Program-made: the position numbers and the translations under genes | Shown: piece by piece, positions 47,222-55,552 of the stretch | Position numbering within the stretch: the first letter of the stretch is position 1 | How the letters are laid out: every line of letters begins with the position of its first letter | The notes under the pieces: generated by a model | What the model was told of the DNA's origin: nothing | The model's input: the letters and a program-made list of their open reading frames with translations, nothing else | The model's database searches: none | DNA from: an uncultured Gammaproteobacteria bacterium | GTDB lineage: Bacteria > Patescibacteriota > Microgenomatia > Levybacterales > UBA12049 | Assembly (NCBI GenBank): GCA_964598355.1 | Contig: CAZRBN010000001.1 | Coordinates: 5,839 to 69,838, forward strand | Direction of reading: 5' to 3' | Length of the DNA stretch: 64,000 nt

Positions 47222-48688
47222 TTATTTTTTCTGTTTTTTCTTCATAATGGGTAAAGAAAAATAAAAAGTAGAACCTTTCTTCTCTTTACTTTCTACCCAC
47301 ATTTTCCCCTGATGTTCTTTAATAATTTGAGAAGAAATATATAATCCCAAACCTAACCCTGGATAAGGTGAATTTCCTTTTACTTGATAAAATCTTTCAA
47401 ATATTTTTTCCTGCTGGCTTTTTGGAATACCTAATCCAAAATCTTTTACATATACCGCAATATGTGTATTATTCTTGTGTGAACCAACATAAACTTTTGA
47501 CTTATCAGGAGAATACTTCGTGGCATTGGTGATAAGGTTAGTTAAAACTTGTTGTATCTTTTCTTTGTCTGCAAATACTGAAGACTTTGTGTGCCAGTCT
47601 AGGATAAGCTTATGAGAAGTTATTGGTTGCAAATCACTTATTACTTCTTCTACCAATTCCTTTACATAAAACTCTTGTTTTTCTATTCTTAATGTACCTC
47701 TTTGGATCTTGGTAACATCAAGTAAATCTCTCACCAAAGCAGTTAACTTTGTAAGCTGTCCATCTAATTTTCCTGTAAGCTGTTGTAATTCTGGATCTCT
47801 TTTCTGAGAAATTTTTTTACTTAAGACCTGTGCAAAAACTTTAATTGTTGTTAAAGGAGTTTTGAGCTCATGACTTGCCATATTAATAAAATCATCTTTA
47901 GCATTTTCTGCTTCCTTTTGACGGGTAATATCATTGATGATTGAAGCAGCAGCAATAATTTTTCCTGCCTGGTTATGTATCACTGAGGCACTGATTTGAA
48001 GGTATACTGTCTTCCCTTGCGCATTTTCAATAGTAAATTCCTTTCCTTCAATTGCTCCACCTTTTTGCAACACTTCTGCCAATGGCAGTTCAGAAAAAGC
48101 AATCGGTTTTCCCTTATACTCACTTTTTTTTAGTGATATATCTTCTATCTGTATGTCTTTACGTATTGATCTTCCTAACATGACTTCTACTTGTTTATTT
48201 GCCTGAGTTATTATCCCTTTATCATCTGTTATCAAAACACCCACAGGGAGTTGCTCGATAATAGCAGCTAATCTCCTCCTCCCATTTGATTCTTTTTCAA
48301 TAAGCTTATCCACTATCTGTTTTAAGCCTCCAATAACAATAACCAGTACCATATAAATAAAAGCGAGCACTACAATAGTCTCCTCCTGTACCAGGAGGTC
48401 TGCAGGAGCCGCGTGTCGTGTGATAACAATATATATGTAATATAAGAGGGTAACGAGAGTTGCAGCTAACCCACCCATAATTCCTTCACGGAAAGCAAAA
48501 TAAATAATCAACGCGACAAAGAAAAATACACCATATACTCCAACAATATTTGGATTGTGAACAATTTTGTAAGCAAATACTTCTGAAATGATTGAAAAGA
48601 AAAGCATTGTCAGAAAAGGAAAGAAAAAAGAGTAGTGTGAATCGCCTAAATGTTGTAGTGGGTTAAGATAGCGAAATATTTTCTTCAT
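47222..48688 (-). CDS. Membrane sensor histidine kinase with PAS domain
   Basis: N-terminal TM helices, a PAS domain, H-box INMASHELKTPLTT and HATPase_c with DFGLGIPKSQQEKIFERFYQ. 488 aa. Confidence 0.85.
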   Translation of the reverse strand: MKKIFRYLNPLQHLGDSHYSFFFPFLTMLFFSIISEVFAYKIVHNPNIVGVYGVFFFVALIIYFAFREGIMGGLAATLVTLLYYIYIVITRHAAPADLLVQEETIVVLAFIYMVLVIVIGGLKQIVDKLIEKESNGRRRLAAIIEQLPVGVLITDDKGIITQANKQVEVMLGRSIRKDIQIEDISLKKSEYKGKPIAFSELPLAEVLQKGGAIEGKEFTIENAQGKTVYLQISASVIHNQAGKIIAAASIINDITRQKEAENAKDDFINMASHELKTPLTTIKVFAQVLSKKISQKRDPELQQLTGKLDGQLTKLTALVRDLLDVTKIQRGTLRIEKQEFYVKELVEEVISDLQPITSHKLILDWHTKSSVFADKEKIQQVLTNLITNATKYSPDKSKVYVGSHKNNTHIAVYVKDFGLGIPKSQQEKIFERFYQVKGNSPYPGLGLGLYISSQIIKEHQGKMWVESKEKKGSTFYFSLPIMKKKQKK

Positions 48689-48795
48689 TGTGTATTTATT
48701 TTACCATGTTCTAAGACCATTTTTGAAAAAAATATATTTTTATACCAATGTAAAAAGTATTTACTTATACTATATCTTAGAGAAAAATCTTTTTA

Positions 48796-48820
48796 TTGAC
48801 ATATACTTGATATATCAAGT
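48796..48820 (+). promoter_or_regulatory. MarR promoter/operator: TTGACA -35 hexamer followed by the perfect 16-bp palindrome ACTTGATATATCAAGT
   Basis: TTGACA is at 48796-48801 and the palindrome at 48805-48820. It ends 13 bp upstream of the probable MarR start codon (48834), the usual arrangement for an autoregulated MarR operator. Confidence 0.5.
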
Positions 48821-48833
48821 ACTATACAAATAT

Positions 48834-49262
48834 ATGACCTCTATTAGCACACGTTTAAAATTCTTTCTCACTTTGGCAAAGGTGCAATCGTTACTTACTC
48901 GCAAATTTGATGGAGGGCTGGGAGGATTGGGATTTAGTGAATTTATGATTTTGTATCACCTCTCTCAAGCAAAAGATGAAAAATTAAGACGTGTCGATTT
49001 AGCATTAAAGATAGGACTTACTGCGTCCGGAGTAACAAGATTACTTCTTCCAATGGAAAAAATAGGTCTGGTCAATAAAGAATCTCATGCAACGGATGCC
49101 CGAGTTAGTTACGTATCTCTTGCGCCTGGAGGGAAAAGAAAATTCACCGAAGCATTCGAAGATGCAGAATTGTTAGCTTTTGAGCTTATCCCTTCTGCAA
49201 AAAAGAAAAAACTGGAAGAGCTAGCAGAACTTCTCTCTCAATTGAGCGGAACAATTTCCTAA
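48834..49262 (+). CDS. MarR-family transcriptional regulator
   Basis: Winged-HTH: GLGFSEFMILYHLSQAKDEKLRRVDLALKIGLTASGVTRLLLPMEKIGLV...DARVSYVSL. The ORF track opens at 48690, but that stretch is AT-rich and Tyr-rich and contains the promoter elements. Confidence 0.75.
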   Translation: MTSISTRLKFFLTLAKVQSLLTRKFDGGLGGLGFSEFMILYHLSQAKDEKLRRVDLALKIGLTASGVTRLLLPMEKIGLVNKESHATDARVSYVSLAPGGKRKFTEAFEDAELLAFELIPSAKKKKLEELAELLSQLSGTIS

Positions 49263-49440
49263 CCTCTCTTGTTTTCACTACGCGTTTTCTCTCGAAACTG
49301 TATTCTACTTCGCCCCAGAACACAATTACTGTTGATCTATCTTACTAAAATACTCTTTGCTTATTGACAAAAAGATATAGAATATTGTTCATTTAAATAG
49401 AGGGGTATTTCCCTTTACTTGTAGTTATCATAATGTTTTC

Positions 49441-51264
49441 ATGATTAAATTTGTCGGAGTTGCCCAAAAATACAAAGAAGTTGTCCTCTATTTTCTTCAA
49501 ACTGAAGGCGATAATACATTCTTTAAGGCAGTAATTAGTCAAAATGGGTTTGAATTTGGAGACACAAGCAAATATGTTTTTGCACTCGACAATATGCAAC
49601 GTGAAGAGCAAAGCTACAACTGGGATAGCTTCCGTATTGCAAAAGAGGGACATGAATATATATTGACCTATAAACATAATACGGAAAAAAATGGTCTTTT
49701 ACTGGGTGCCTTATCCACTGATCTTACTGTTTGGCAAAAAATAGGAAAAATTGAAAACATCACTGAGACAGGCACAGTAGTCCCTGAGTACCAACATCAT
49801 GATACCTTTGTGATGTATGTTGGAGAAAAAGAAATAAAAATTGCTTACTCGAAAGATTTAGTAACATGGAAGTTAGATACAACTCCGCTTCTTACCCCAC
49901 GTCCTGAATTCTTTGATGATAGTGACATAGAAGTTGCTAACGCATACGAAAGAGATGGGCATATCCTTCTTATTTATTACGTAAAAAAACAAGGGGATGG
50001 CACTCCTCGCTTTTTAGTAGGCGCTGCATATTTTGATAAAGCAAATCCTTCTAAACTCGTATGGAGATCTGATGAACCAATTTATGAACACCCTCAAGAA
50101 TTTTATAAAGAGAACATTCAGCCTATTGGCTCTGCAATTATACATGACCAACTTATTTTGTATTGGTCAGTTAATGAAAGCAGTATCTTTTCAGTTGCTT
50201 GCCCAATTCCTGTTATTACAGAAGTTCCAAAGAAAAAAATCTTTTCCTTTCTTATTAACAAAGCCACAAACAATCCAATCATTACGCCACGACCCAATGT
50301 CCCATGGGAATCCAGAGCGACCTTTAACACTGCAGCAATCTATGAAGATGGCAAAGTTCATTTTTTATATAGAGCTCTTGGTGATACCGACCTTTCAGTC
50401 TTAGGCTATGCAACAAGTACAGACGGTCTAACAATTGACGAAAGATCCGATTTACCCGCATATATTCCTCGCGAACCTTTTGAAACGCCAGGTGGTCATC
50501 AATTTAATTCAATGGCGCAACATTTTGCATCAGGAGGCGGATATGGTGGAGTTGAAGATCCACGCATTACCCGAGTTGAGGATAGAGTGTACTTAACCTA
50601 CGTTGCATTTGACGGAGCGACACCTCCACGAGCTGCAATGTCTAGTATCCATATTGATGATTTCTTGAAAAATAATTGGGAGGCATGGAATAAAGCAAAG
50701 CTTATTTCAGCGCCTGGCATGGTCAATAAAAGCGCTGTTGTTTTGCCTCGGAAAATAAAGGGGAAATATGTTGTGATGCATCGTGTTTACCCAAATATTC
50801 TTATAGATTACCTAGACAATTTGGAGTTTAACGACTATTTACAAGGACATTATTTTATTCCACCACGAAAAAAATTTTGGGATAGTAAAAAAGTTGGCGC
50901 AGGAGCTCCCCCAATGGAAACAAAAGATGGCTGGCTTCTTATTTATCAATCAGTTGGATATCAGGATCCTGGACGATATAAGATAGGAGCTATGATGCTA
51001 GATAAAGATAATCCATCAAAAGTCCTTTATCGTACTCACACACCAATCATTGAACCAAATGAAGACTATGAGAATAGTGGGTTTAAAGCAGGCGTTGTGT
51101 ATCCTTGTGGTGCTGTTATAATGAAAGATAAGCTGCATGTGTACTATGGTGGCGCAGATACGGTTGTGTGTGCTGCTTCTGCAGACTTGGATACATTTCT
51201 TGATGAAATGAAACATCATCAAGAACCAAAACTCAGAAAAGTGTCCAGTACTTTATTTCATTGA
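49441..51264 (+). CDS. Protein with two GH130-like domains (glycoside hydrolase/phosphorylase family 130, beta-mannoside phosphorylase-like; 5-bladed beta-propeller)
   Basis: 607 aa with two repeated ~300-aa modules. The second carries GGYGGVEDPRITRVEDRVYLTYVAFDG and ends ...YPCGAVIMKDKLHVYYGGADTVV. Both are GH130 (formerly DUF377) hallmarks, including the EDPR(I) catalytic-Asp box. Confidence 0.7.
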   Translation: MIKFVGVAQKYKEVVLYFLQTEGDNTFFKAVISQNGFEFGDTSKYVFALDNMQREEQSYNWDSFRIAKEGHEYILTYKHNTEKNGLLLGALSTDLTVWQKIGKIENITETGTVVPEYQHHDTFVMYVGEKEIKIAYSKDLVTWKLDTTPLLTPRPEFFDDSDIEVANAYERDGHILLIYYVKKQGDGTPRFLVGAAYFDKANPSKLVWRSDEPIYEHPQEFYKENIQPIGSAIIHDQLILYWSVNESSIFSVACPIPVITEVPKKKIFSFLINKATNNPIITPRPNVPWESRATFNTAAIYEDGKVHFLYRALGDTDLSVLGYATSTDGLTIDERSDLPAYIPREPFETPGGHQFNSMAQHFASGGGYGGVEDPRITRVEDRVYLTYVAFDGATPPRAAMSSIHIDDFLKNNWEAWNKAKLISAPGMVNKSAVVLPRKIKGKYVVMHRVYPNILIDYLDNLEFNDYLQGHYFIPPRKKFWDSKKVGAGAPPMETKDGWLLIYQSVGYQDPGRYKIGAMMLDKDNPSKVLYRTHTPIIEPNEDYENSGFKAGVVYPCGAVIMKDKLHVYYGGADTVVCAASADLDTFLDEMKHHQEPKLRKVSSTLFH

Positions 51265-51367
51265 AATTATAAGAGCAAAATGAAAAGTTAAAAGTTTTGG
51301 TACTTTATGCTTATAGATAGATTCCTTAACTTTACATTTTTAACTTTAAGCTTTTAACTTAATTTAT

Positions 51368-53299
51368 ATGGCAACACTATCACGAGTCAAGGAAAATCCT
51401 ATTCTCTCACCAGACCCAAATCACCTCTGGGAACACGATGGGGCATTTAATGGATGCGTTGTTTTTGCAGAAGGTAAATATCATATGGTGTACCGTGCAT
51501 ATTCTGCACAAACTCAGCAAAATGGCGTGCAGACGCAAGTTTCCTCCATTGGATATGCGCAAAGTGATGACGGCATTCATTTCTCCGAGCATAAACAAAT
51601 AATTATACCGACAGAAGACTGGGAAATATATGGATGTGAAGACCCACGCATTACCTATATGGATGGGAAATTTTATATTATCTACACAGCCCTTTCTGTA
51701 TATCCATTTGCTGCATATGGTATAAAACTTGCTGTTGCAATAACGACCGATTTTCAAAATTTTGAAAAACACCCAGTAACTACTTTTAACTCAAAAGCAA
51801 TGGGACTGTTTCCGGAAAAAATTAACGGAAAAATGGCAGCTCTTTTAACAATGCATACAGACTTACCACCAGCAAAAATCGCACTTGCAGTGTTTGATAA
51901 GCCAGAAGATCTATGGTCGCAGCAATATTGGACACAATGGTATGAGAATGCTAACGAACATATTATTCACCTGCTTCGGGATGCGCGAGATCAAGTAGAA
52001 TTAGGAGCTCCTCCGCTAAAAACAGAACACGGCTGGCTTGTTATTTATTCATATATTAGGAATTATATGTCCAATGAAAAAATATTTGGTATTGAAGCAG
52101 TACTCCTAAACTTGAACGACCCAAGAAAAGTAATTGGACGGACAGCACTTCCTATCCTCACTCCTGAAGAGCCATACGAACTTGAAGGCATTGTTCCACA
52201 AGTGGTTTTCCCATCAGGAGCGTTGATTAAAGATGACCTGCTCTACGTGTACTACGGCGCAGCAGATACTCGTGTTGCTCTTGCAACGATGCATCTTGCA
52301 TCGCTGCTTGACCAACTCAAACCTGTTACCAATCTTCCTTCGACTACTAAAGATTCAGATCCAAAAAAATTTGCTAGATTTGAAGGAAATCCTATTCTGA
52401 AACCTCTTCCAGAACTCGAGTGGGAAAAGCAAGGAACCTTTAATCCTGCATCCCTCTATGAAGACGGGAAATTTCATATTCTTTATCGGGCACAATCATC
52501 AGAGGGGACATCCACCATTGGATACGCATCAAGTACAGACGGATTTCACATCGATGAACGTCTCAATACTCCTATCTATACTCCACGAGAAAGTTTTGAA
52601 CTCCCAACACATCCAGGAAATTCAGGCTGTGAAGACCCAAGAATTACAAAAATCGGTGATAGACTGTATATGACCTATACTGCCTATGACGGCACAAATC
52701 CTCCTCGGGTTGCGTTAACATCTATTGCCCTCTCTGATTTTTTGGCAAAAAACTGGAATTGGGAAAAACCCAAACTCATTTCACCTCCTGGTGTTGATGA
52801 TAAAGACGCATGTATTGTGAAAAAAGTAAAAGGAGAAGGATACGTTGCATTCCATCGTCTGGGAGATGCTATGTGGGTAGATTTTTTACGAGACTTAGAT
52901 TTTCCCGAGAAGAAATATTTAACTGGGGGCATTATTGCTCAAGCTCGAAAAGACAAATGGGATAATGTTAAATTAGGTATTGCTGCACCTCCTCTGGAAA
53001 CCGAACAGGGATGGCTTCTCCTCTATCATGGTGTTAGCCAACCTGGTTTTAAATATAAAGTAGGAGCAATGCTTCTGGACTATGAGGATCCACGAAAGAT
53101 TTTAGGTCGAACAGATGAGCCTATTTTTGAGCCAAAAGAACTCTATGAATTAGAGGGAGTTGTTCCAAATGTAGTCTTCCCTTGTGGTGCCTCAGTAAAA
53201 GATGGAACAATATACATCTATTATGGAGGAGCAGATACTGTACTTGGTGTTGCTACGATGTCGCAACAAATACTTCTGGATATGCTTCTTGGAAAATAA
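51368..53299 (+). CDS. Second protein with two GH130-like domains (paralog of the upstream gene)
   Basis: 643 aa. Module 1 has GCEDPRITYMDGKFYIIYTA; module 2 has GCEDPRITKIGDRLYMTYTAYDG. Both end in the (V)YYGGADT motif. Confidence 0.7.
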   Translation: MATLSRVKENPILSPDPNHLWEHDGAFNGCVVFAEGKYHMVYRAYSAQTQQNGVQTQVSSIGYAQSDDGIHFSEHKQIIIPTEDWEIYGCEDPRITYMDGKFYIIYTALSVYPFAAYGIKLAVAITTDFQNFEKHPVTTFNSKAMGLFPEKINGKMAALLTMHTDLPPAKIALAVFDKPEDLWSQQYWTQWYENANEHIIHLLRDARDQVELGAPPLKTEHGWLVIYSYIRNYMSNEKIFGIEAVLLNLNDPRKVIGRTALPILTPEEPYELEGIVPQVVFPSGALIKDDLLYVYYGAADTRVALATMHLASLLDQLKPVTNLPSTTKDSDPKKFARFEGNPILKPLPELEWEKQGTFNPASLYEDGKFHILYRAQSSEGTSTIGYASSTDGFHIDERLNTPIYTPRESFELPTHPGNSGCEDPRITKIGDRLYMTYTAYDGTNPPRVALTSIALSDFLAKNWNWEKPKLISPPGVDDKDACIVKKVKGEGYVAFHRLGDAMWVDFLRDLDFPEKKYLTGGIIAQARKDKWDNVKLGIAAPPLETEQGWLLLYHGVSQPGFKYKVGAMLLDYEDPRKILGRTDEPIFEPKELYELEGVVPNVVFPCGASVKDGTIYIYYGGADTVLGVATMSQQILLDMLLGK

Positions 53300-53356
53300 A
53301 GAAATGATCTCTACTAGAAACTCTGTAGTAATTTCGTTATAGTAAATATAACTGCT

Positions 53357-54178
53357 ATGAAAAAGCTTCTTTTTCTTTCCTTATTTGTTTATTTGGTTAT
53401 TGGCTTATTTGCTTATGTACCTACCTTTGCCTTTGCTCAAACACCTTCTGATACAACTCAAACTGATCCTGCTAGTGGAGCTGTCGCAGGACTTGGCGTT
53501 GCACGAATGGTTGATACAAAAGAAAAGAATGTAAAAGATGGGAATATTCTTTCTTCATCACCCCAAGGAGCAGTTTTAACAACTATTCCTTATGATTCAC
53601 AGATCTTAGGAATTGTCAGTCGTAATGCGGGTATCATGGTAAGCACAACAGGTGATGATAACGGAATTCCTGTTATTTCTGACGGGACATTGTATGTTCT
53701 TGTTTCATCTCAACAAGGAGCAATTAAAAAAGGTGACCAAATAACATCATCAACAATTCCTGGGGTTGGAGTAAAGGCAATAAAATCAGGCTACGTTTTG
53801 GGGAGTGCTTTGGAGGACTATACCAATCCAGATCCTAAAAAAACAGGTCTTATTGCTGTCAGTGTTAATTTGCACTATTTTAATTCCAAGCCGACCTTTG
53901 CTGGGACACTGACTGATATTTTTAAGATTGCTCTTTTACCAACGAAAGATTCACCCGCTCCTATTTTTAAATATGTTGTTGCTGCTCTCGTTGTACTAGG
54001 ATCACTGGCTCTCGGGTTTATCAGTTTTGGCCGTACAGCAGCAAAAGGAGTTGAAGCCTTAGGACGAAATCCGGCAGCAAGCGGAGTTATTCAATTAGGA
54101 ATTATTTTTAATGTTGCAATTGTGGTTGTTATTGCTGCAGCAGGTTTGGTGGTCGCCTTCTTAATCTTAAGACTCTGA
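53357..54178 (+). CDS. Atypical ATP synthase c-subunit-like protein: signal peptide + ~170-aa extracytoplasmic domain fused to a C-terminal c-subunit helical hairpin that lacks the conserved ion-binding carboxylate
   Basis: The C-terminus VAALVVLGSLALGFISFGRTAAKGVEALGRNPAASGVIQLGIIFNVAIVVVIAAAGLVVAFLILRL aligns with F-type c subunits. Helix 1 is Gly-rich, the loop RNPAA matches RQPE/RNP, and helix 2 follows. At the helix-2 position of E. coli Asp61 / I. tartaricus Glu65 there is Asn (AAT at 54109-54111), and helix 2 has no Asp or Glu at all. It lies directly upstream of atpF-atpH-atpA-atpG-atpD-atpC. Confidence 0.55.
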   Translation: MKKLLFLSLFVYLVIGLFAYVPTFAFAQTPSDTTQTDPASGAVAGLGVARMVDTKEKNVKDGNILSSSPQGAVLTTIPYDSQILGIVSRNAGIMVSTTGDDNGIPVISDGTLYVLVSSQQGAIKKGDQITSSTIPGVGVKAIKSGYVLGSALEDYTNPDPKKTGLIAVSVNLHYFNSKPTFAGTLTDIFKIALLPTKDSPAPIFKYVVAALVVLGSLALGFISFGRTAAKGVEALGRNPAASGVIQLGIIFNVAIVVVIAAAGLVVAFLILRL

Positions 54179-54242
54179 AAGAGTACCTCATCTCTACCTC
54201 TTCCCATATGGGAGAAACTCCTTTACAATAGTAGATATACAT

Positions 54243-54878
54243 ATGCTGCCCACATTGTTTCAGCTAATTACTGTTAGTGCTGATATTGCTATTTTTGTCT
54301 ACGTAGGATACTACCTGCTAAAACTTCGGCAAAAAGATAACTATTTAAAAAGAAAAGAACAACGAATAGACACCAATTACCACGAAGTTGTAGATAATGC
54401 TCTTACCAAAGAACGGAAAATTCTTGAGGATGCAACTGATGAAGCTGATGAAATAATAAGCGGCGCTCAGTATATAAGCCAATCTTCTAGAGAAGCAATT
54501 CATGATGCTTTACGGGTTATGATACTTGATATTCAAAAAGAAGCAGGAGAGATTAGTCATAATTTTAATATCACGTATGCAAATTCCTTAAAGCAACTTA
54601 CTGCAGAATCATTGGGGGATTTTCAACAAATCTCCAAAGAACTCCAGACAGATTTGGAGCTCCAAATTAAAACCTTTCGAGAGACACTTTTGCCAAATTT
54701 AGAAAAAGAATTAGAAACATATAAACAGACACGCTTGCAGCAAACTGAGAAAATGATAGCAAGCATTGTGCAACGTGTATCTCAAGAGGTTCTCAATAAA
54801 TCACTATCTCTTTCTGACCATCAAACACTAATTATTGAAGCCCTTGAAAAATCAAAAAAAGAAGGACTATTCGACTAA
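54243..54878 (+). CDS. atpF: F-type ATP synthase subunit b (peripheral stalk)
   Basis: 211 aa with one N-terminal TM followed by a long charged coiled coil, in the operon position of atpF. Confidence 0.65.
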   Translation: MLPTLFQLITVSADIAIFVYVGYYLLKLRQKDNYLKRKEQRIDTNYHEVVDNALTKERKILEDATDEADEIISGAQYISQSSREAIHDALRVMILDIQKEAGEISHNFNITYANSLKQLTAESLGDFQQISKELQTDLELQIKTFRETLLPNLEKELETYKQTRLQQTEKMIASIVQRVSQEVLNKSLSLSDHQTLIIEALEKSKKEGLFD

Positions 54879-54940
54879 ATTTAAAAATTAAAAATTGTGG
54901 TACTTTTGTTTATAAATAAAGTACTTCAATTTTTGATTCG
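54876..54940 (+). promoter_or_regulatory. Copy of the recurrent AT-rich element AAATTTAAAAATTAAAAATTGTGGTACTTTTGTTTATAAATAAAGTACTTCAATTTTT (nested palindromes) between atpF and atpH; candidate promoter/regulatory site
   Basis: Shares the core AAAATTAAAAATT-N3-GGTACTTTT(A/G)TTTAT with copies at 36357, 39556, 41837, 51277 and 60399. Contains the inverted repeats AAAAATTG/CAATTTTT and GTACTTT/AAAGTAC. Confidence 0.4.
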
Positions 54941-54945
54941 CCATT

Positions 54946-55461
54946 ATGGATTCACTTAATTTATCAGATTTTTTTACAACAAAAGGTCAGGCAACTGATT
55001 TTTTATCACGACTGGCAACATTATCAGAAATGATTTACAAAACAGATTTTAAGTTAGAGACATCACTTATGGGATTATTTGGCATTCAAAAAAAAGATAA
55101 ATTTTTAACTTTGCTACGAGAAAATAATATTCCATCTAATTCTGCTGAAGATTTGAAAAATTTTATTATAACCCTACAAACAACCATAGCAAAACTTCCT
55201 GTTTTTTCTCTTACTATTGCCTTTGAGCCGACAGAACAAACACTCAAAGTTATTTCAGAATGGTTTGTCATGAATCTGAGAAAACAGGCTATCTTTGATT
55301 TTGTTGTTGATCCGTCTCTTATTGCTGGAGCAACCATTAACTATAACGGAAGATTTAAAGATTATTCTTTCAAGAATCCGGTAGAGCAGATGCTTTCAAC
55401 CCTTCTACAATCACAAAATAGACAAACACAACAGACAAGTGCACCAACAGAAGTAAGTTAA
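54946..55461 (+). CDS. atpH: F-type ATP synthase subunit delta (OSCP)
   Basis: 171 aa. The C-terminal ...VVDPSLIAGATINYNGRFKDYSFKNPVEQM resembles the delta/OSCP C-terminal domain. Operon position supports the call. Confidence 0.6.
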   Translation: MDSLNLSDFFTTKGQATDFLSRLATLSEMIYKTDFKLETSLMGLFGIQKKDKFLTLLRENNIPSNSAEDLKNFIITLQTTIAKLPVFSLTIAFEPTEQTLKVISEWFVMNLRKQAIFDFVVDPSLIAGATINYNGRFKDYSFKNPVEQMLSTLLQSQNRQTQQTSAPTEVS

Positions 55462-55552
55462 AATGCAAAATCGATAACTCAAAACCTAAGGTATTTTACT
55501 TATATACTTTTATTTTTTTTCAATTTTGACTTTTGCATTTTGAATTGACGTT

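Noticed and set aside
49393-49677. 94-codon minus-strand ORF overlapping the start of the first GH130 gene
   Set aside because: It is antisense to a confidently called gene and has AT-rich, low-complexity composition.
54179-54242. Palindrome TCCCATATGGGA after the c-like gene as a possible terminator
   Set aside because: No flanking T-tract and the stem is very short. It is probably incidental.
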